Sequence record: PQ092953.1
DNA from: Campylobacter phage CC_R7
DNA: 24,000 nt
Reading direction: 5' to 3' (one strand)
Below are positions 8,955 to 17,267 of this stretch, piece after piece; within the stretch, counting starts at the first letter, position 1; each line of letters begins with the position of its first letter. The position numbers and the translations under genes were made by a program. The notes beneath the pieces were generated by a model that was not told the origin of the DNA, searched no databases, and worked only from the letters and a program-made list of their open reading frames with translations.

Positions 8955-9869
8955 ATGACAGTTGATTTAAAACACGATATTTGGGTAGAAAAATACAGAC
9001 CCCAAAAAATTGATGACTTAATTTTACCGAATGTTTATTTAGATAAATTCAGAAAATATATTGAAAAACCTTCAAATATTCTATTGAGTTCAGTAAACCC
9101 AGGAACTGGAAAAACAAGCACCGCACAAGCTATCATAAAAGAAGGTAATTTCGAATCATTATACATTAATGCTTCATTAGAATCTGGTATTGATACTATG
9201 AGAAGTAAAATATTACAATTTGCTAGCACTGAAAGCTTTGATGGAAAACCTAAAATTGTTTTAGCGGATGAATTTGACTACTTTGGTCAAAACGGTCAAG
9301 CAGCTGCAAGAGCACTTATAGAAGAAGTTGCTGCTAATTGTAGATTCATACTAACTTGTAATTACGTTTCTAATATAATGCCACCAATTGTTAACAGATT
9401 TGAAGTATTTGATTTTGATGCAGTCCACTCTTCTAATAAACAAGAACTTATTCAAAAATCTTTCAATTTACTAAAAGAAATCTTAGATAATGAAAAAGTT
9501 TCTTATACAAATGAAGATCTCGTTAACATCATTAAGAACTATTACCCAAGTATAAGAGGTATGATTGCTTGCTTACAAAAATGCAATTTTAATAATAAAT
9601 TAATTCTGGATATTCAAAAAGATTCAGATTTCGAGGGATTAATTTCGTTGATCAGATCCCGTGATTTCGACAATCTAATGAAAGTAATATATAGCTTAAC
9701 AAACCCGGATGCTTTTTATGAATACGCATTTAAAAAATTAGATATTCAAAATTCCAATAAACCACAAGCTATTATAATACTAGCTAAATACCAATATCAA
9801 AGTGCTTTTGCAAGAGATAGAAACTTAAATTTAGCTGCTTGTATTATGGAATTAGCACCATTATTATAA
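8955..9869 (+). CDS. Sliding clamp loader large subunit (T4 gp44-like AAA+)
   Basis: 304 aa; WVEKYRPQKIDDLILP, Walker A NPGTGKTSTAQ, Walker B IVLADEFDYFG, sensor FILTCNYVSNI. Confidence 0.93.
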   Translation: MTVDLKHDIWVEKYRPQKIDDLILPNVYLDKFRKYIEKPSNILLSSVNPGTGKTSTAQAIIKEGNFESLYINASLESGIDTMRSKILQFASTESFDGKPKIVLADEFDYFGQNGQAAARALIEEVAANCRFILTCNYVSNIMPPIVNRFEVFDFDAVHSSNKQELIQKSFNLLKEILDNEKVSYTNEDLVNIIKNYYPSIRGMIACLQKCNFNNKLILDIQKDSDFEGLISLIRSRDFDNLMKVIYSLTNPDAFYEYAFKKLDIQNSNKPQAIIILAKYQYQSAFARDRNLNLAACIMELAPLL

Positions 9870-9878
9870 GGATTATAT

Positions 9879-10937
9879 ATGATTTTATATGATTTAAGTT
9901 CGTTGATTCACAGAGCTTTACATACTAGTATTAAGCAAATGAATCCACACAAAAAAGACGGCAAATATATCACACAAGAATTCATAAATGGAACTATTTT
10001 TAGAATTATAGAAGAATTATTAGAAAATTATAGACTTTATAGAGTCAAATATAATACTATGGTTATTTGTATAGACGACCATAGTGTTCCATATTGGCGA
10101 AAATCTTTATATCCAGATTATAAAGCTCAAAGAAAAACTCAAAGAGAAGAATCTGAAGTTAATTTTAAAGAAGTTTATAAACATATTAACATACTAATTA
10201 GAATTCTAAATGATTATACACCATTTAAAGCTATTGGTGTCCCAGGAGCTGAAGCTGATGATATCATTGGTGTATTAACTAGGAAGTTCTGCAAAGCAGA
10301 ATCTATTTTAATTCTAAGTCCCGATAAAGACTTTAAACAATTACATAAATTAGGCGATATAAAACAATATTCAGCAATAACTAATAAATGGGTCATTAAT
10401 GATGATCCAGAAGGTTGGGAAAGAATACATTGTTGTTTAGGTGATGCTGCCGATAATGTACCGCGCGTCGTGGATTTTTCGGAATTTACACCTGAGTTTA
10501 AAGCTTATTATCAAGGAACTGAGTTAGATTTCTATAAGTTAGATGAAAACTTAAAACTAGGCATTATTAATAATTTTAATGAAGTTTATCCTGATGTTGA
10601 AGTTTATAAAAAGCAAAGATTTGGTGAAGCTGCTTTAAATAAAAAGATTAAAGAGTTTGGGTCTTTAGACGCTTTCTTAGATTCTAACGAAATATATAGA
10701 CTTAATTATAATCGTAATTATAAGTTAGTTATGGATAGTGAAATACCTATAGATATTGAATTGGAAATCTTAAAGAAATATACAGAATCTAGTACAGATT
10801 TCAATATGGAAAATCTTAACAAGTATTTTTCATTTTATAATATAACTACTTGTAGTCAATGGTTTAGTCAATTATGGAATGAAATGAGCAAACCTATAGA
10901 AATGACTCCTTGGAATGTGGATTTTAGTAAGATTTAA
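9879..10937 (+). CDS. RNase H / 5'-3' exonuclease (T4 Rnh, FEN-1-like)
   Basis: 352 aa; MILYDLSSLIHRALH, GVPGAEADDIIGVL, LSPDKDFKQLH, CCLGDAADNVP. Confidence 0.85.
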   Translation: MILYDLSSLIHRALHTSIKQMNPHKKDGKYITQEFINGTIFRIIEELLENYRLYRVKYNTMVICIDDHSVPYWRKSLYPDYKAQRKTQREESEVNFKEVYKHINILIRILNDYTPFKAIGVPGAEADDIIGVLTRKFCKAESILILSPDKDFKQLHKLGDIKQYSAITNKWVINDDPEGWERIHCCLGDAADNVPRVVDFSEFTPEFKAYYQGTELDFYKLDENLKLGIINNFNEVYPDVEVYKKQRFGEAALNKKIKEFGSLDAFLDSNEIYRLNYNRNYKLVMDSEIPIDIELEILKKYTESSTDFNMENLNKYFSFYNITTCSQWFSQLWNEMSKPIEMTPWNVDFSKI

Positions 10938-10995
10938 AAACCTTCATAATCGCACAAAAACAAGGTTTAAATCGATTTTAATTTAAAGGTGTATT

Positions 10996-11544
10996 ATGAT
11001 ATTCTTAACTGGTGGAAATGGCTATTTAGCTAATTTATTGTGTAATTATACTAGTCACAGAGATTATGTTGCTATTTTCGGGTGTCCTAGCAGTACAAAA
11101 GATATAGATTCAGACCCGAAGAAATTAGCTTCTACATTAGATACTATTGTTTTAGCCAAAGAGTTTAAACACAAAATTATTTTTGCAAGTTCAATGGGTT
11201 CTGATTATCCTGGTTTACCAGGAACTCAGGGATATTATAATCGTTATAAAAATGTTGCAGAACATTATATAACAAATATGTATGATGATTACTTGATTTA
11301 TAAAATTCCAAGAGTTTACGGCCCTAACAAAGTTAAAGGTATTTTTAAGTCTTTAAAAGACGGAACATACGATGGCTCATTAGAAACTAAAATAGATTAT
11401 ATTAATGAAGATGATTTTGTTACTTGGTTTATGGAAAACTTAAATTCAAATAATAAAATAATTGAATATAATAAAGATTTTAGAAGTATTAAAGTTAAAG
11501 ATCTTAAAGATTTAATACTTAATAAGACTTTATATTTGCTATAA
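10996..11544 (+). CDS. Short SDR-type NAD(P)-dependent epimerase/dehydratase-like protein
   Basis: 182 aa; N-terminal TGGNGYLA, catalytic-like YYNRYKNVAE, IPRVYGP. Confidence 0.75.
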   Translation: MIFLTGGNGYLANLLCNYTSHRDYVAIFGCPSSTKDIDSDPKKLASTLDTIVLAKEFKHKIIFASSMGSDYPGLPGTQGYYNRYKNVAEHYITNMYDDYLIYKIPRVYGPNKVKGIFKSLKDGTYDGSLETKIDYINEDDFVTWFMENLNSNNKIIEYNKDFRSIKVKDLKDLILNKTLYLL

Positions 11545-11587
11545 ATTTGGCCATATATTAAAAATAAATACCCAAAAAGGCTTAGTA

Positions 11588-12220
11588 GTGAACGTAAGAT
11601 TACGTATTATTAATAATCAGCAAGTACCGGAATTACCAAGTTTCACAGAATCAAAAGAAGACAACCTAACCACAGATGTTAAATTGGATGTCTTAACTCA
11701 CCAGGAAGTAGATAGAAACTTTGCTAACATTATCACGTGGTTAAAAACTGCCAGTGATAAAATATTAGAACAATCTGCAGTTCTAAAACAATTAGACCCC
11801 GAAAATATGGAGAAACTTTTAGAAGCTGCGGAGCAAATACAAACTATTTCTAATGATATTAAAAATCTAGAAACCAAGCATAACCAAGTTAATACTGATT
11901 TAACAAATTACAAAGTTTCAAATGATTTAGCTTTATCTAAAAAATTAGATTCTGTAAAAACTATAAATGGCATAGATATTAAAGGTTCAGGGAACGCTGT
12001 TATTAATATAACAAGAACACAATTCACAAATCACTTAACTAATATTGGTATCAATGAAATTGGCAGTATAGCTATATTAGATTCAAAAACAACTTTGGTT
12101 TTTAATAATTTATATGCGGGTTCTAGCTTGTCCACTGACACTTATGCATATATGCAAGGTACTTGGAAATGTACTGGTAAATTAAGTGATAACAAAGGCT
12201 TATTCGTCAGGGTATCATAA
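11588..12220 (+). CDS. Probable virion structural/fibre-associated protein
   Basis: 210 aa, GTG start; coiled-coil middle, 'SVKTINGIDIKGSG.AVIN' motif seen in phage fibres. Confidence 0.45.
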   Translation: MNVRLRIINNQQVPELPSFTESKEDNLTTDVKLDVLTHQEVDRNFANIITWLKTASDKILEQSAVLKQLDPENMEKLLEAAEQIQTISNDIKNLETKHNQVNTDLTNYKVSNDLALSKKLDSVKTINGIDIKGSGNAVINITRTQFTNHLTNIGINEIGSIAILDSKTTLVFNNLYAGSSLSTDTYAYMQGTWKCTGKLSDNKGLFVRVS

Positions 12221-12233
12221 TCAGTTTAAGCAA

Positions 12234-12266
12234 ATTTTAAGCAAGTTTTAAGCATTTATATAATAT
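12234..12266 (+). promoter_or_regulatory. Putative promoter with repeated TTTTAAGCA motif and TATAATATAAT box
   Basis: aagcaaattttaagcaagttttaagcatttatataatataat upstream of AAGGAG RBS and ATG 12288. Confidence 0.45.
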
Positions 12267-12287
12267 AATAACAAATAAGGAGATTTA

Positions 12288-12965
12288 ATGGTGTTAGAAT
12301 ATAACCCTATCAAATTAGGTAACAGATCTATTAAAGTTCGCAATTGGAAAGTTAAAGACCGTGAGCTATACAAAGGCAAATTAAAAAATATCAGTTCTGC
12401 AGAAGACGAACTGAAATCAAGATATGAATGTTTTGTTACAAATATTTTAGAAACACCAACTGCTTTAAATAATGATGAATTAGAGTACTTGTTTCTATTA
12501 TTAAGAATTATAAATCTTGGTGACGATTTGAATTATCATTGGTGGTGCAGAAGTTGTGAAAAAACTACTGATTCTAAAATTAAGTTAAGCAAACTATTTA
12601 CAACAAAATCTGGTAAAATCCAAGATATTGATATTGGTGATATCAAAATTGAACTACAAGATGTTCAAAATGTCGAACTCTATAATAATAAATTAAGAAC
12701 TTCAGATTCACCAAGCACAGATGATTTAATTTTTCATATTAAATCTATTAATGGTGATAATACAAAAGGCTTCCAAGATATTAAAAACTACTTCGATGAG
12801 TTAGATATTAATACCATGGATAAGATTTCTGAAGCATTTGAGAAAATGATATTTAAAATTGAATCTAGGGAACATACAGTAACTTGTTCACATTGTGGCG
12901 CTAATTCAACTTTTAATTTCGATGAAATACCAGATATTATACCGCCAAAATGGTTAAAACGCTAA
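12288..12965 (+). CDS. T4-like baseplate hub protein with two zinc knuckles (gp26/gp51-like paralogue)
   Basis: 225 aa; CRSCEK and CSHCGA knuckles; N-terminal 'IKLGNRSIKVRNWKVKDR'; C-terminal 'PDIIPPKWL'. Confidence 0.55.
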   Translation: MVLEYNPIKLGNRSIKVRNWKVKDRELYKGKLKNISSAEDELKSRYECFVTNILETPTALNNDELEYLFLLLRIINLGDDLNYHWWCRSCEKTTDSKIKLSKLFTTKSGKIQDIDIGDIKIELQDVQNVELYNNKLRTSDSPSTDDLIFHIKSINGDNTKGFQDIKNYFDELDINTMDKISEAFEKMIFKIESREHTVTCSHCGANSTFNFDEIPDIIPPKWLKR

Positions 12966-12979
12966 GAAAGGATTAAATT

Positions 12980-13687
12980 ATGAGTATGTATATAACATAT
13001 ATAGATCAAGGTGCTTATAATATGATTGTTTCTGCTCAAAGAGACAATTCATTTTTATTACCGGGATCTAGTACATTAGAAGTTTTTGATAGTAAATTAT
13101 TTACAGCAGTTTTAGAAGCACTAGCAGATAAAAAAACTTGTAAATTCTATAAAGATGTTGATGTACTAACTTTAGAAAACTTGGAAATTGATGAAAGCTC
13201 TAATCTAGTTAAGAATTCGTATATTTTCCAATTAACTTCTGCAATCAGTCAAATTTTCACAAAGATACCACAATATACTTATTTTAGATTTCAATATCTC
13301 AATAACATATTTGCATCAATGGGATACTTTATAACTGAAAAAAATCGCGAAGAAATATACATTAAAATTCTTGAAACTGACGACGACGCATTGATTTCAA
13401 ATCTCGAAGAATATCTTAAGATTATAAATCAACTAAATCAATATGAAAAAATGTATCAAGAATTCTTAAATGGTTTAGACGAAATGGAAATGACAGATGA
13501 TGAAGCAACTTTGGATCAAATCTTACAAGAAGCTTTAAATTATTTTACAAATGCTCAAAAGAATTTCGTAAAACAGGATTATAAAGGATGGTTTTCAACA
13601 ATTAAAGCAGATTATGAAAATCGTCAAAATTCAGTACCAAATACAGATCCAAATTCGAATTCTAACACAAGTCCAAATCCACAATAA
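12980..13687 (+). CDS. Hypothetical protein, likely structural/assembly operon member
   Basis: 235 aa, good RBS (AAGAAAGGA), directly after the baseplate-like gene; Asn/Pro/Ser low-complexity tail. Confidence 0.5.
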   Translation: MSMYITYIDQGAYNMIVSAQRDNSFLLPGSSTLEVFDSKLFTAVLEALADKKTCKFYKDVDVLTLENLEIDESSNLVKNSYIFQLTSAISQIFTKIPQYTYFRFQYLNNIFASMGYFITEKNREEIYIKILETDDDALISNLEEYLKIINQLNQYEKMYQEFLNGLDEMEMTDDEATLDQILQEALNYFTNAQKNFVKQDYKGWFSTIKADYENRQNSVPNTDPNSNSNTSPNPQ

Positions 13688-13691
13688 AAGA

Positions 13692-13712
13692 TCTAGGATT
13701 ATCCTAGGTCGC
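13692..13712. other. Short inverted repeat GATCTAGG-ATTAT-CCTAGGTC after ORF 12980-13687
   Basis: 8-bp arms with one possible G.U pair; may act in 3'-end formation. Confidence 0.3.
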
Positions 13713-13816
13713 CAACTTTTTAATATTCTATCCTCATAAAATTAAAACTAAGTTTAATATCTAATACTTAAAATTTTAATTTCTCAAAACAATTTCAAAA
13801 AACTTTAAGTTGTTAT

Positions 13817-13838
13817 ATTATATAATACTATAAAAGGA
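13817..13838 (+). promoter_or_regulatory. Putative promoter/RBS for queE
   Basis: TTTAAGTTGTTATATTATATAATACTATAAAAGGAG before ATG 13845. Confidence 0.35.
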
Positions 13839-13844
13839 GATTAA

Positions 13845-14639
13845 ATGATTTTCAAAACACGGACTAAAAAAGTTCCATTCTATGAATTTTTTGGTGATAC
13901 AATCCAAGGTGAAGGTCCAAGATTAAAATCTGCAGTATTTGTTAGAGTTGCCGGTTGTAACAATACTTGTAAAGGGTTTGGGTGCTCTGCAGTAGCTCCA
14001 GATGGTTCTACAGTAACAGGTTGCGATACTATTAGAGCAGTATCACCAAAATTTAAATCACAATGGAAATACTTTGATAATTTTAAAGATTTAACTTCAA
14101 TCATCGACCCGTTAGTCACATTTAAAAACTCTGAAATTAAACATACTAAAGACATCATTTTAACCGGTGGTGAACCTTTATTATATTGGGATACTAATGT
14201 TATTCAAGATTTCTTAGCTTATTATATTTCAAGAAAACATCAAATAACAATAGAAACTAATGCAAGTTTGGATATTGAGTTCTTTAAAGAATACCAAAAA
14301 GAAATTATGTTCAGTATGTCGGTTAAATTGAGTTGTTCAGGAGAACCTAAAAAGAAAAGAATTAATATAAAAACAATCAGTAAGATTCTTGAAAATTGTC
14401 CTAAATCTTATCTTAAATTCGTTGTTAATCCAGAAACTTGGGATACAGACTACACTGAAATAAAAGAAATACTTTATGATTTACCAACATATGCTGAAGT
14501 ATATCTAATGCCTATGGGCGAAACTCGTGAATTACAAATTAAGAACACACCATTTGTGTTTGAAAAATGTGCTGAGCATGGATTTAGTTTTAGCCCGAGA
14601 GCTCATATTTTAGCTTTTGATACTAAGGAGGGTATATAA
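13845..14639 (+). CDS. queE: 7-carboxy-7-deazaguanine synthase-like radical SAM enzyme
   Basis: 264 aa; FYEFFGDTIQGEGPRLKSAVFVRVAGCNNTC...CDT, TGGEPLL, ITIETNAS, FVVNPETW. Confidence 0.85.
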   Translation: MIFKTRTKKVPFYEFFGDTIQGEGPRLKSAVFVRVAGCNNTCKGFGCSAVAPDGSTVTGCDTIRAVSPKFKSQWKYFDNFKDLTSIIDPLVTFKNSEIKHTKDIILTGGEPLLYWDTNVIQDFLAYYISRKHQITIETNASLDIEFFKEYQKEIMFSMSVKLSCSGEPKKKRINIKTISKILENCPKSYLKFVVNPETWDTDYTEIKEILYDLPTYAEVYLMPMGETRELQIKNTPFVFEKCAEHGFSFSPRAHILAFDTKEGI

Positions 14640-14899
14640 TGTTAAGTTCATATTTAGATTTTAATATATTAGAAACAACTGGTTTAATTATTATTAAAAT
14701 TTTGTTAATATTGGTTGAATTAGGCTTCTATGTATCGGCTTTATTTTTGGTAGTTCTTGGTGTTCTTGGTGTGTTTAAAACACCAGGAGTATTTTATAAG
14801 TTATTCGTTTTTATTGTTTTAGAATTAGCAGCGTTTGCTTGTCTAAGTTTAGGTTATACCATAGGTTTAACTAATATTGATTTTATATTTAAGATTTGA
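14639..14899 (+). CDS. Small membrane protein
   Basis: 86 aa, two to three hydrophobic segments; start overlaps the queE stop. Confidence 0.6.
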   Translation: MLSSYLDFNILETTGLIIIKILLILVELGFYVSALFLVVLGVLGVFKTPGVFYKLFVFIVLELAAFACLSLGYTIGLTNIDFIFKI

Positions 14900-14908
14900 G
14901 GAGTTAAT

Positions 14909-15682
14909 ATGAACTTAATAATTGGTTTTGGTGTAGTTGGCCAAAGTTTAGGAAATTATTTTGATTCTAAAGGAATTGAATACAATATAATAGATCCAAG
15001 ATTTAGTGATGCGAAAAATCTTAATGAAATTAATTTAAATGATTATAGTAAGATTTTTATATGTATTAATGTTTTAAATGATGTTATATATGAAAGTCAG
15101 GATGCAAAAACATTATACGAAATTTTAAGTACCATAGAATCAAAAGATTTTAGTGGCTTAGTTGTTATTAGATCAACATTATTGCCGGGTAAGGTAGATT
15201 TTATAGAATCTGAATATAATTTAAAATTTGTGACTTGGCCAGAATTTCTAACAGAAGTTGAATCATTGAAACATGCAAAATATCATATAATAGGTGCTAA
15301 CAATATTATGTATGCTAAAGCAATTGCTGAGATGATTGACACCCCCTGTGATTTTTGCAGTCTTAGAGAAGCAATGGAAGTTAAATACGCTAGAAATGCT
15401 TTAGGGGCTTTAAAAGTATTATTCTTTCACGAATTAAATGAAGCTGGATTTAATGTTAGAAAAATAGAATTATTATTAAATGAGTTCGAAGATTTTGATC
15501 CTCAAGGATTAATGGCTAAGTTATGCGTAGATGGTAAAAAAGGTTTTGGTGGTAAATGTTTTCCTAAAGATATCCAAGCATTGATGTTTGAGTCTAATAA
15601 ACAATCTAAACAAGCAGGAGATTTCTTTAGAAATATTTTAGAAGCTAATAATCAACTTAGATACAGCTGTGACGAATCATAA
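14909..15682 (+). CDS. UDP-glucose/GDP-mannose dehydrogenase-like protein (short form)
   Basis: 257 aa; GFGVVGQSL Rossmann, RSTLLPG, WPEFLTEVESL, VKYARNALGALKVLFFHELNE, GFGGKCFPKD catalytic Cys. Confidence 0.8.
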   Translation: MNLIIGFGVVGQSLGNYFDSKGIEYNIIDPRFSDAKNLNEINLNDYSKIFICINVLNDVIYESQDAKTLYEILSTIESKDFSGLVVIRSTLLPGKVDFIESEYNLKFVTWPEFLTEVESLKHAKYHIIGANNIMYAKAIAEMIDTPCDFCSLREAMEVKYARNALGALKVLFFHELNEAGFNVRKIELLLNEFEDFDPQGLMAKLCVDGKKGFGGKCFPKDIQALMFESNKQSKQAGDFFRNILEANNQLRYSCDES

Positions 15683-15706
15683 ATATATTAAATTTAAAGG
15701 TGTAAA

Positions 15707-16120
15707 ATGAATATGAATGTACAAAATCCAAAATTTTCTTTTACAGAAGATCAAACAAAACAAGTTCTTATGGCAGCCTATCATCTAAGTCAAGCTTCAG
15801 AATATATCCAAGAAACCAATGGCATGATGTCTTTAATGTTTAATTCTATGGCTATTGAATTATTAGACCAAGCTGGATTATCTCAAGCATTTTTAGATGA
15901 ATTAGGATATACTAAAACAACTGAACCTAAGATTCAACTTAATAAGAAAGAACAAGCTGAAGTTGATTCTTTATTCGATGAGATTTTAAACGGATCTAAA
16001 TCTACACCAAAGGTAGAAACTGAAGTCAAAACCGAAGCCAAAACAAAGGTAGAAACTGAAGTCAAAGATTTAAAATGTGATCACGAGAGTTGTGGTTGTA
16101 AGGATTCAAAAGGATTATAA
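15707..16120 (+). CDS. Hypothetical protein with Lys/Glu repeats and Cys-rich C-terminus
   Basis: 137 aa; C-terminus KVETEVKDLKCDHESCGCKDSKGL; stop overlaps next start. Confidence 0.6.
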   Translation: MNMNVQNPKFSFTEDQTKQVLMAAYHLSQASEYIQETNGMMSLMFNSMAIELLDQAGLSQAFLDELGYTKTTEPKIQLNKKEQAEVDSLFDEILNGSKSTPKVETEVKTEAKTKVETEVKDLKCDHESCGCKDSKGL

Positions 16121-17058
16121 TGGTTCAACAAGAATTAAGAAAAATAATTTTTATATTATTTGATGAACACTTACTTTCACAAGTTGTGGAAATGTTCGAA
16201 AAATACGAATATATCATAGAAAATAATCCCGATGGGATAGAAACGAAAACCGCGTATTTAATTTCGAAAATATACACGACTGGTGATAAATCTAAAGTTT
16301 TAGATTATTTAAAACAATTAGGTGAATTAGAAGCTACTGATGTTTTTCCAGATATCAAAATGCTCCAATGTAAATTAGCTATGAATTGTTACGAAAACAA
16401 TTTAATTGAATATAGTAAATTAATAGCAACATTTGATAAAAACGATTTGGATTATGCGCAAGCAAATAACCCGGTAGTTTACAACACACCAGCATTGTAT
16501 AGAGTTTCTATCAATGGCAAAGATTTTGATGCTAATATTAACAATATCAACAAATGTTTGACTTATTTGGGTGATAAGGTTGTATTTAGACAAACAATCG
16601 ATAAAGTAGATAGACCAAGTTATAAAAATTATCTTAAGATTAGACATTCTTTAGAACTTGGTGATTATGAATACGGACTTGAAGCTGTCAGAAATTTACA
16701 AGAATTATTTTACCTAGAAGGTTTAGATGCTAAAATAAACTCTGTTAATTATAAAGAACTTTTAAGTGATTATATTATAATATTAGATTTTATGAGCGCA
16801 TTTCAATTACTTGGATATAAGTTTACTGACAAACCAGAATATAACAAATTAAAACAAATGTTTAAAGATATTATTATAGAATTAAGTGTGGATTCTTTAT
16901 TAATTTTAGAAACTTCTCAAGAAAATGTTCTTAAAATTATTGCAGAAACTAAAAAACGTCTTATAAACGATATAAAATATGACGCTAGTGAAGTTGATGC
17001 TTATATGGGACCAATTTTACAAAGGATAAAGGATAATGGTAAAAGATTTAATAGATAA
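16120..17058 (+). CDS. Hypothetical all-helical (TPR-like appearance) protein
   Basis: 312 aa; overlaps upstream stop and the downstream start (ATG at 17036). Confidence 0.6.
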   Translation: MVQQELRKIIFILFDEHLLSQVVEMFEKYEYIIENNPDGIETKTAYLISKIYTTGDKSKVLDYLKQLGELEATDVFPDIKMLQCKLAMNCYENNLIEYSKLIATFDKNDLDYAQANNPVVYNTPALYRVSINGKDFDANINNINKCLTYLGDKVVFRQTIDKVDRPSYKNYLKIRHSLELGDYEYGLEAVRNLQELFYLEGLDAKINSVNYKELLSDYIIILDFMSAFQLLGYKFTDKPEYNKLKQMFKDIIIELSVDSLLILETSQENVLKIIAETKKRLINDIKYDASEVDAYMGPILQRIKDNGKRFNR

Positions 17059-17266
17059 AAATCAAGCTGAAGTTCAGTTAAAAATACAAGATTTGCAAGA
17101 CATTAGAGCAGATATAAAATGTGCTTTGCGTTGTGCTAAAAAGTTAGATTCTGAATCTAACTCAAGTTTAGATTCAGGTTTAAGCCAAGAAGAACTAAAC
17201 TTTTTAGCTTGTTTAACTTGCTTGCCTAAAATCAAAGCTAAAAACAAATCTAAATCCAAAGGTTAA
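17036..17266 (+). CDS. Small Cys-containing protein upstream of the SPASM maturase; candidate modification substrate
   Basis: 76 aa; two CxxC-type pairs (KCALRC, ACLTC), charged tail; overlaps upstream gene by 23 nt and ends 1 nt before ATG 17268. Confidence 0.55.
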   Translation: MVKDLIDKNQAEVQLKIQDLQDIRADIKCALRCAKKLDSESNSSLDSGLSQEELNFLACLTCLPKIKAKNKSKSKG

Positions 17267-17267
17267 A

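Noticed and set aside
10940-10979. Inverted repeat GATTTAAAAACCTT...AAGGTTTAAATC as a strong terminator
   Set aside because: Stem needs a 2-nt bulge and the following T-tract is weak; possible but not supported enough to list as a feature.
12980-13687. Assigning a specific T4 gene number to this ORF
   Set aside because: Position suggests assembly/structural, but no motif allows a specific assignment.
17074-17259. Minus-strand ORF antisense to the 76-aa Cys protein
   Set aside because: No RBS, and lies within a dense plus-strand operon; most likely a shadow ORF.
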